A DNA stretch of 64,000 nt, taken from contig DIUO01000015.1 of the NCBI GenBank assembly GCA_002422365.1, positions 9,607-73,606 of the forward strand, in the 5' to 3' direction. Position numbers and translations under genes: made by a program. The DNA is from Proteobacteria bacterium UBA6156 (GTDB taxonomy: Bacteria > Pseudomonadota > Alphaproteobacteria > UBA2136 > UBA6156). Position 1 is the first letter of the stretch; the number at the start of each line of letters is the position of its first letter. Under the pieces are notes generated by a model, which was not told the DNA's origin, made no database searches, and saw only the letters and a program-made list of their open reading frames with translations. Below, piece by piece: positions 57,567-64,000 of this stretch.

Positions 57567-58919
57567 TTAGGCGCGGCGCCAGGTTTGGCCGTTGGGGCCG
57601 TCTTCGACGATGATACCGTGTTCTTCTTTCAGGAGGTCGCGGAGGCGGTCGGATTCGGGGAAGTTTTTTTCAATACGAGCCTTTTTACGATCAAGTAATA
57701 ATTGAATTTCTTCAGGCGATTCTTCCATAGATTGGGCCCTCACAAGCAAACCTAAAAACTGCATCATTCTTACTTTTCCAATTTTATCTGGCCAAGATTC
57801 AAGAATGGCCATTGCTTCGGAGGTATTCAGATCGTCAGCCAATGCTTCAATAAATTCTTTCGGTAAAGGCACATTCAATAAATGATCTGGCATAATTTCT
57901 TCTGAAATACGTTGCCAACGATTTGCACGTTGTTGTGCGGCCTTCAAAGCCTCGTCGGAGTAGTCGACGGGTTTGCGGTAGTGGGTTTGGAGGAGCCAGA
58001 GGCGGATGGCTTCCGGGCTGTACTTTTGCAGGGCGTCTTTGATGGTGGTGAAGTTGCCGAGGCTTTTGGACATTTTGGTGCCGCCCACGGTGATGAAGCC
58101 GTTGTGCAGCCAGTAGTTGGCCATGGGCTGGCCAGCGGGGAGCAGGGCTTCACTCTGCGCGATTTCGCAGCAGTGGTGCGGGAACTGGAGGTCTTCCCCT
58201 CCCCCGTGGATGTCGAACGTGGGGCCGAGGTGCTGGCGCGACATGGCCGAGCATTCGATATGCCAGCCGGGGCGGCCAGGGGCGCTAAAGTGCTGCGCGC
58301 CGTAATCTTTCGGGTTGAACGCCTGCTCCATTTTGGTGGCGGATTTGGCGTTGGCTTTCCAGAGGACGAAGTCGTTGGGAGACTCCTTTTCGGTATCTTC
58401 GGCTACGCGGCTGCCGTGCTGCTGTTCATCCAGCTTGCGGCGGGCGAGTTGGCCGAAGCGCGGGAATTTTTGGGTGCGGTAGATGACGTCTCCCGATGGG
58501 GTGACGTAGGCGTAGCCTTTGGCGAGGAGTTCGTCGGTCATTTCCACCATGCTGCCGATGTGGGTGCTGACGCGGGGTTCTATATTGGGGCGCAGCACGT
58601 TGAGTGCATCCATGTCGGCATAGAACGACTGGATGTGATGTTCGGCCAGTGCGGTGGGTTCTTCGTTGCGTTCTGCGGCGCGCTTGATAATTTCGTCGGC
58701 GATATCGGTGAAGTTGCGGACGTAGGTGACGTGGTTTTCTCCGTAGATGTGGCGCAGCAGGCGGTAGAGGACATCGAACACCACATAGGCGCGGGCGTGG
58801 CCGATGTGGGAGTTGTCATACGGCGTCACTCCGCAGACGTAGAGGCCGACGTTGTTAGGGTCTATCGGCGTGAAGGTCTGTTTTTCTCGGGTGAGGGTGT
58901 TGGTGAGGCGGAATTGCAT
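57567..58919 (-). CDS. cysS: cysteinyl-tRNA synthetase
   Basis: HIGHARAY (HIGH) and KMSKSLGN (KMSKS) motifs. 450 aa. Confidence 0.96.
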   Translation of the reverse strand: MQFRLTNTLTREKQTFTPIDPNNVGLYVCGVTPYDNSHIGHARAYVVFDVLYRLLRHIYGENHVTYVRNFTDIADEIIKRAAERNEEPTALAEHHIQSFYADMDALNVLRPNIEPRVSTHIGSMVEMTDELLAKGYAYVTPSGDVIYRTQKFPRFGQLARRKLDEQQHGSRVAEDTEKESPNDFVLWKANAKSATKMEQAFNPKDYGAQHFSAPGRPGWHIECSAMSRQHLGPTFDIHGGGEDLQFPHHCCEIAQSEALLPAGQPMANYWLHNGFITVGGTKMSKSLGNFTTIKDALQKYSPEAIRLWLLQTHYRKPVDYSDEALKAAQQRANRWQRISEEIMPDHLLNVPLPKEFIEALADDLNTSEAMAILESWPDKIGKVRMMQFLGLLVRAQSMEESPEEIQLLLDRKKARIEKNFPESDRLRDLLKEEHGIIVEDGPNGQTWRRA

Positions 58920-58967
58920 GGGGTTAAATTAGCAGATTTATTGGGTTTGGGTTATGTGGTGGTGCAA

Positions 58968-59096
58968 ATATTTACAGGAAGTGCTTGGGAGGGGTGAAGG
59001 TGGTGCCTGGTGGGAGGTTTGCACCAAAAATGGGATTTTTGGGCAAACCTGACCCCAAGGCACGGTGCTTCCCTGTTCGCTCTGGCATTCCGTAGC
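58968..59096. repeat. intergenic repeat family B, copy 3
   Basis: atatttacaggaagtgc...caccaaaaatgggatttttggg...ctctggcattccgtagc. It folds into a long imperfect hairpin (cttggg/cccaag, aggtttgc/gcaaacct, ccaaaaat/atttttgg). Confidence 0.75.
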
Positions 59097-59128
59097 GATT
59101 GTTTGGGGGCCGCCAATGGCGTGAAATT

Positions 59129-60526
59129 TTACGAGCCGCGACAACAGGATTGGAGGCGGGTTTTCACTTCCTCCGGGCCCCAGATGGGGAGGAGGTTGGC
59201 GAGTTCCGGGCCGTGGTCTTGCCCCGTGAGGGCGCGGCGGAGGGGCATGAAAAGCTCCTTCCCCTTGCGGTTGGTGAGGGCTTTGAGTTCGGTGGTCCAG
59301 TCGGTATAGGTGCTGGGGCCGAAAGTGGCGGGTAGCGCGCTGAGCGCGGTTTGGAGGAAGGTTTGGTCTTCTGGGGTGAATGCTTGCGGGGTTGGGGCTT
59401 TGAGGATGGGTTCCAGCGCGCTGGGGATGTCCGCCAGGGTTTTGAGGCCCTCGCGTACCATCGGCCACAGGGTTTCCATCTGGCTGGAGGTTGCGTAGCT
59501 GGGCAGGAAGGGCATGGCGTAGGGCGCGATATCATCCCACACACTATGGTGCAGGTTGGTGGTGTTGGTGTGGGCGAGTTGGTCTTCGTCGAACCGCACG
59601 GGGGCTTTGCCGACGCGGGCAAAGTCGAAGTTCTGGGCAAGTTCTTCTAACGTGGCGTTGGCGTGCGGCATCTCGGCAAAGCCCAGGCTGGCAATGTAGC
59701 CGTTGAGGGCGGAGGGCAGGTAGCCTTGCTCGCGCAAGGTTTTAATGCTGAGGGCGCCGAAGCGCTTGGACATTTTGTGGCCTTCTTTATCGAGCATGAG
59801 CGCGACGTGGGCGAATTGGGGCGGGGTGGCGCCGAGAGCTTCGTAAATTTGCATCTGCACGGCGGCGTTGACGATGTGGTCTTCTCCGCGAATGACGTGG
59901 GTGATGCCCATGGCGAGGTCGTCGACTGCGCCCGCAAAGGTGAACAGTGGCACGCCGGAGCTGCGGACGATGACGGGGTCGCCGCCGATGTTTTCGGTTT
60001 TAAAGCGTTGCTCGCCACGGATGAGGTCGTTAAACACGATCTCGCCGTCGTTCATGCGGAAGCGGATGACGGGCTCGCGGCCTTCGGCGCGGTATTTGGC
60101 TTTTTGCTCTTCGGTGAGGTCGCGGTGGCGGTTGTCGTAGCGCGGGGGCTCGTTTTTGCTGGTTTGGATTTTGCGGAGGAGATCGAGTTCTTCCGGGCTG
60201 GTGAAGCATTCGTAAGCGCGGCCCATGGCGAGCAGTTTTTGCGCGGCGGCGGTGTAGTCGCCGCGTGTCGCCCGTTCCATGGTGCGGTAGGGGCCATAGT
60301 CTCCGCCTGCGTGGGGGCCTTCGGTGAAGGTGAAGCCCAGCCAGGCGAGGTCTTGGTAGAAGCCGTCTTCTGACCCGATTTTGTTGCGGTCGAAGTCGGT
60401 GTCTTCGATGCGCAGCACCAGGGTGCCTTGCTCTTTGAGCGCCAGCAAGACGTTGGGCAGGGCGGCACGCAGGTGGCCAACGTGCATGAGGCCGGTGGGG
60501 GATGGGGCGTAGCGGACGCGGAGCAT
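59129..60526 (-). CDS. gltX: glutamyl-tRNA synthetase
   Basis: MLRVRYAPSPTGLMHVGHLRAAL (HIGH-type) and HKMSKRFG (KMSKS-type). The ORF-track N-terminal extension to 60709 overlaps secA and is rejected. Confidence 0.95.
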   Translation of the reverse strand: MLRVRYAPSPTGLMHVGHLRAALPNVLLALKEQGTLVLRIEDTDFDRNKIGSEDGFYQDLAWLGFTFTEGPHAGGDYGPYRTMERATRGDYTAAAQKLLAMGRAYECFTSPEELDLLRKIQTSKNEPPRYDNRHRDLTEEQKAKYRAEGREPVIRFRMNDGEIVFNDLIRGEQRFKTENIGGDPVIVRSSGVPLFTFAGAVDDLAMGITHVIRGEDHIVNAAVQMQIYEALGATPPQFAHVALMLDKEGHKMSKRFGALSIKTLREQGYLPSALNGYIASLGFAEMPHANATLEELAQNFDFARVGKAPVRFDEDQLAHTNTTNLHHSVWDDIAPYAMPFLPSYATSSQMETLWPMVREGLKTLADIPSALEPILKAPTPQAFTPEDQTFLQTALSALPATFGPSTYTDWTTELKALTNRKGKELFMPLRRALTGQDHGPELANLLPIWGPEEVKTRLQSCCRGS

Positions 60527-60568
60527 GGTTTGAGTGTTTTCGTGTTTGGTGTTGAGTGTTTTGGTGCG
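60527..60568 (-). repeat. TG/CA-rich heptad spacer element (fills the secA-gltX spacer)
   Basis: ggtttgagtgttttcgtgtttggtgttgagtgttttggtgcg. It abuts the gltX ATG. Confidence 0.75.
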
Positions 60569-60569
60569 T

Positions 60570-63287
60570 TTAGGCGGCGCGGGAGGCTTTTTTGATGCGG
60601 GCGAGCGAGCCGTGACAGTTTTTGAAGCGTTCGCCGGAGCCGCAGGGGCATGGGGCGTTGCGGGGAATGTGGCCGTCGAGGGGGTTGAGATCATCCCACG
60701 TGGCGACACCGAACTGCTGCGGCGTGAAGGCGGAAGCCTGCTGCGACTGCGGTACGGATTGTGTGACGGGGCCTTGCTCCGACGGGTGCGAGAACTCGGT
60801 CGGTTGGGCGGTGAGGCCTTGGGGCTCCGGTGCGTCTTCTACCAGCTGCACGCGGCTGAGCATGGCGACGGTTTCGGACTTGGTGGCATTGAGCATATCT
60901 TCGAACAGCATGAAGCTTTCGCGGGCGTACTCGTTGAGAGGGTCCTTCTGCGCATAGCCACGCAGGCCGATGCCTTTGCGGAGGACATCGAGGGCTTGAA
61001 GATGCTGGCGCCAGAGCCTATCCAGCGTTTGCAGCAGCACCGAGCGGGCAATGCTGTTGAGCACCGGCGGCTGGAACGCGGCGGTGCGTTGCTGCCAGTT
61101 GGATTCTACCGCCTTGTGGCAGTGGGCAGCGACGGATTCGGCGCCGACGTCGGCGTCTTTCAGCCATTCTTCTATCGGCAAAGAGAGGTTGAAAATGCGG
61201 GCGAGACCTTCGGTGAGGATCTCCGGCTGCCATTGCTCCGGCAGTGTGCCTTGGGGGAAGGCTTGCTGGAGGAGGGTTTCGAGGATTTCTTCCCGGAAGG
61301 CGGTGATGGTTTCGCTAAGATCGTCGCTGAACAGAATGGTGCTGCGTTGGTCGTAGACCACTTTACGTTGGTCGTTCAGCACTTCGTCGTACTTCAGGAT
61401 ATTCTTGCGGAGGTCGAAGTTGAGGGCTTCGATTTTGTTTTGCGCGTTTTCGATGCTTTTGCTGACGATGCCCATTTGCACGGCGTCGTCTTCCGGCACG
61501 TTCAGGCGGGCCAGCAGGCCTTCGATATTCGGCACAAAGCGCTTGATGAGGTCGTCTTGCATGGAGAGATAAAAGACACTGGCGCCGACGTCTCCCTGGC
61601 GGCCACTGCGGCCACGGAGCTGGTTGTCGATGCGGCGGGACTCGTGGCGCTCGGTGCCCAGCACCTTGAGGCCGCCTGCGGCCATTACCTCGGCGTGCTC
61701 GGCCGCCTGGGCTTTGCGGATGCGCTCGGCGTCTTTTTCGTCTTTAGCGTTTTCCAGCAGCAGTTCTAAGTTGCCGCCCAGCTTAATATCGGTGCCCCGG
61801 CCCGCCATGTTGGTGGCGATGGTGACGGCGCCTTTGCGGCCTGCCTGGGCGATGATGGCGGCCTCTTGCTCGTGATACCGGGCATTCAGCACATTGTGTT
61901 TGATGCCGGCGGCGGTGAGCGAGGCGGCGAGTTCTTCCGACCTCTCGATAGTGGTGGTGCCGACCAGCACGGGCTGGCCGCGTTGCTGGCTGTCTTTGAT
62001 ATCCGCCACAATCGCCTTCATTTTACCTTTGCGGCTGGGGTAGATGATGTCGGCGTAATCTTTCCGCGCCACCGGCTTGTTGGTGGGGATGACGATGACG
62101 GCGAGGCGATAGATGTTCTCGAACTCTTCGGCCTCGGTGGCGGCGGTGCCTGTCATGCCCGCCAGTTTGCCATACAGGCGGAAGTAGTTCTGGAAGGTGA
62201 TGCTGGCAAGGGTTTGGTTTTCTTGCTTGATATCCACACCTTCCTTGGCTTCGATTGCCTGGTGGAGGCCGTCGGAGAGGCGGCGGCCGGACATCATGCG
62301 GCCGGTAAATTCGTCGATGAGGACGACTTCGTTGTCTTTCACGATGTATTCGGCATCTTTATGAAACAGCGTGTGGGCACGGAGCGCCTGGTTGACGTGG
62401 TGGACGAGGGTGATGTTGTGGACGTCGTAGAGGTTGCCTTCGGCCTCTAACAGCCCTTTTTGGCGGAGGAATGCTTCGGCTTTGTCTGTCCCCTGCTCGG
62501 TTAAGTGGGCGCTGCGCTGCTTTTCGTCGATCTCGAAGTCGTCTCCGTGCGTGAGGCTGGGGATGAGGTCGTTGATGGCGACGTAGAGATCGGTTTTGTC
62601 GTCGGACGGGCCGGAAATGATGAGCGGCGTGCGGGCTTCGTCGATCAGGATGCTGTCGACTTCGTCGACAATGGCAAAATGCAGCGGGCGTTGCACCAGT
62701 TGCAGCGGGCTGAGGACCATGTGGTCGCGCAAATAATCGAATCCGAGCTCGTTGTTGGTGGCGTAGGTGACGTCGGCACTGTAGGCGGCTTTGCGTTCCT
62801 CTGGGCTTTGGCCGTGGTAAATGGCCGAGGTTGTCATGCCCAGTTGCGCGAAGACCTGGCCCATCCAGGCGGCATCGCGACGGGCGAGATAGTCGTTGAC
62901 CGTAACCACGTGCACGCCTTTGCCGGAAAGGGCGTTGAGGTAGGCGGCAAAGGTGGCCACCAGGGTTTTACCTTCGCCGGTTTTCATCTCGGCAATTTTA
63001 CCGAAGTGCAGGGCGAGGCCGCCCAAAAGCTGGACATCGAACGCGCGCAGGCCGAGGGCACGGCGGGCCCCTTCCCGCACGGCGGCAAAGGCTTCGGGTA
63101 TCAGGGTGTTGAGTTTTTCCCCTTTTTCCAGGCGCGCACGCAATTCGGCCGTGACGGCGGCCAGTTGTTCGTCGGTTTTGGCCTGCATGGCGGCCTCTTG
63201 CCCGTTGATTTTGGGCAGGTAGGGCTGCATGTCTTTCAGGAAACGCGCCGAGGAGTTTCCGAACAAGGAACGGATTAAGCTGAACAT
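60570..63287 (-). CDS. secA: preprotein translocase ATPase SecA
   Basis: DEAD-like motor (MKTGEGKTLV, DEVDSILIDEARTPLIISG) and a C-terminal zinc motif CPCGSGERFKNCHG. I prefer the start MFSLIRSLFG at 63287. Confidence 0.97.
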   Translation of the reverse strand: MFSLIRSLFGNSSARFLKDMQPYLPKINGQEAAMQAKTDEQLAAVTAELRARLEKGEKLNTLIPEAFAAVREGARRALGLRAFDVQLLGGLALHFGKIAEMKTGEGKTLVATFAAYLNALSGKGVHVVTVNDYLARRDAAWMGQVFAQLGMTTSAIYHGQSPEERKAAYSADVTYATNNELGFDYLRDHMVLSPLQLVQRPLHFAIVDEVDSILIDEARTPLIISGPSDDKTDLYVAINDLIPSLTHGDDFEIDEKQRSAHLTEQGTDKAEAFLRQKGLLEAEGNLYDVHNITLVHHVNQALRAHTLFHKDAEYIVKDNEVVLIDEFTGRMMSGRRLSDGLHQAIEAKEGVDIKQENQTLASITFQNYFRLYGKLAGMTGTAATEAEEFENIYRLAVIVIPTNKPVARKDYADIIYPSRKGKMKAIVADIKDSQQRGQPVLVGTTTIERSEELAASLTAAGIKHNVLNARYHEQEAAIIAQAGRKGAVTIATNMAGRGTDIKLGGNLELLLENAKDEKDAERIRKAQAAEHAEVMAAGGLKVLGTERHESRRIDNQLRGRSGRQGDVGASVFYLSMQDDLIKRFVPNIEGLLARLNVPEDDAVQMGIVSKSIENAQNKIEALNFDLRKNILKYDEVLNDQRKVVYDQRSTILFSDDLSETITAFREEILETLLQQAFPQGTLPEQWQPEILTEGLARIFNLSLPIEEWLKDADVGAESVAAHCHKAVESNWQQRTAAFQPPVLNSIARSVLLQTLDRLWRQHLQALDVLRKGIGLRGYAQKDPLNEYARESFMLFEDMLNATKSETVAMLSRVQLVEDAPEPQGLTAQPTEFSHPSEQGPVTQSVPQSQQASAFTPQQFGVATWDDLNPLDGHIPRNAPCPCGSGERFKNCHGSLARIKKASRAA

Positions 63288-63403
63288 GGCCGCACCATAG
63301 TCTGACTTTGCCATTTGGCCAAGGGGATATGTTCAGGAATGCGGAAACTGGTTATGCGAAACTGGATGTTTCTGCCGATTTTGGCGGCAAAACGCAGGCC
63401 GCG

Positions 63404-64000
63404 TTATTTTTTGGCGGCTTTGTTCTGTTTCTTGAATTCCGAGAGCAGCTCGTTCCCCCGGCCGGAGCGGGCCTGCTGGCGCACTTGCTCGCGGGTATCT
63501 TTAATAAATGCCAGGGGGTTGAGGACGTTGCCGTCCTTCCTGACCTCGAAGTGCAGGTGGGGGCCGGTGCTGCGCCCGGTGCTGCCCATAAGGGCTACCA
63601 GGTCTCCGGCATTCACGCGGTCGCCTTCCTTCACGGTGCCACGGGTTAAGTGGCCGTAGCGTGTGCTGAAGCCGTTTTCGTGCTTGATTTCCACCAGGTT
63701 GCCGTAACCCATGCGCCAGCCGACAAAGGTGACGACGCCATCGGCTGCTGCAATGATGGGCGAGCCGGTTCTGTCGGCAAAGTCCATTCCGCCATGCCAT
63801 TTGCGGGTTTTACGGAAGGGGTCTGACCTCCAGCCAAAGGGCGAGCTGAGGCGGTAGGTATCGGTAATAACCGGCCAGAGATAGGGGATACCGCCGCCCG
63901 GCCCGGCGCCCAAGCTGCTGCGGATGGCGAGCGCGAGGGAGGTTTCCAGGGCGATTTCGGCAAAGTCGGCTTCTTCCGTCAGGCTGACGACCTGAAGGCG
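63404..64000 (-). CDS. M23-family peptidoglycan endopeptidase; 5-prime part beyond window edge
   Basis: HGGMDFA...GYGNLVEIKHENGFSTRYGHL...GSTGRSTGPHLHFEV. The reading frame stays open to position 64000. Confidence 0.88.
   Translation of the reverse strand, partial: RLQVVSLTEEADFAEIALETSLALAIRSSLGAGPGGGIPYLWPVITDTYRLSSPFGWRSDPFRKTRKWHGGMDFADRTGSPIIAAADGVVTFVGWRMGYGNLVEIKHENGFSTRYGHLTRGTVKEGDRVNAGDLVALMGSTGRSTGPHLHFEVRKDGNVLNPLAFIKDTREQVRQQARSGRGNELLSEFKKQNKAAKK

Overview
This is a roughly 60% GC chromosomal segment that looks alphaproteobacterial. The evidence is the gene order (bamD-recN-ligA; tig/clpP/clpX/lon/hupB; secD-secF-yajC; tolQRA) and the protein sequences. The organism itself is not identifiable from sequence alone. 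About 85% of genes are on the minus strand. All family assignments come from my own reading of the ORF translations and motifs; no database was searched.

Most of the window is housekeeping:
- Stress, repair and recombination: spoT, uvrA, a Fe/Mn superoxide dismutase, ligA, recN, dprA.
- Secretion and envelope: secDF-yajC, tolB, tolQRA, bamD, secA, an M23 peptidase.
- Central metabolism: icd, gpmA, eno, gltA.
- Fe-S related: an Rrf2 regulator with a cysteine desulfurase, and sufE.
- Proteases and chaperones: hupB, lon, clpX, clpP, tig.
- Translation: cysS and gltX.
- tRNAs: five (Phe, Val, Asp, His, Leu), all with encoded CCA.

The accessory or unusual parts are:
1. A compact seven-gene type II secretion / type IV filament-like operon (29306-36683). 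It has GspE and GspF homologs, three assembly-platform-like proteins I cannot assign to a family, and two atypical large pseudopilin-like proteins. There is no secretin or prepilin peptidase in the window. It sits beside a tRNA-Val / tRNA-Asp cluster that carries a tRNA-Asp-derived remnant.
2. A pair of paralogs of an unknown GGDRNWRNQNPGN-motif domain. One is fused to a phage Mu F-like core and lies inside a low-GC insert together with a small periplasmic protein (22893-24650).
3. A small operon of Cys-rich mini-proteins plus a CC-motif, His-rich membrane protein (13418-14583).
4. A dense population of small non-coding repeats. These are TG/CA-rich heptad arrays directly upstream of many start codons, two families of hairpin-forming intergenic repeats, one 178-bp MITE with perfect 26-bp terminal inverted repeats, and a duplicated gltA 3-prime end.
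5. Lys/Ala-rich histone-H1-like tails on a ParA-like ATPase and on Lon, with shorter Lys-rich tails on UvrA, ClpP and others.

I found no CRISPR array, rRNA, transposase or integrase.
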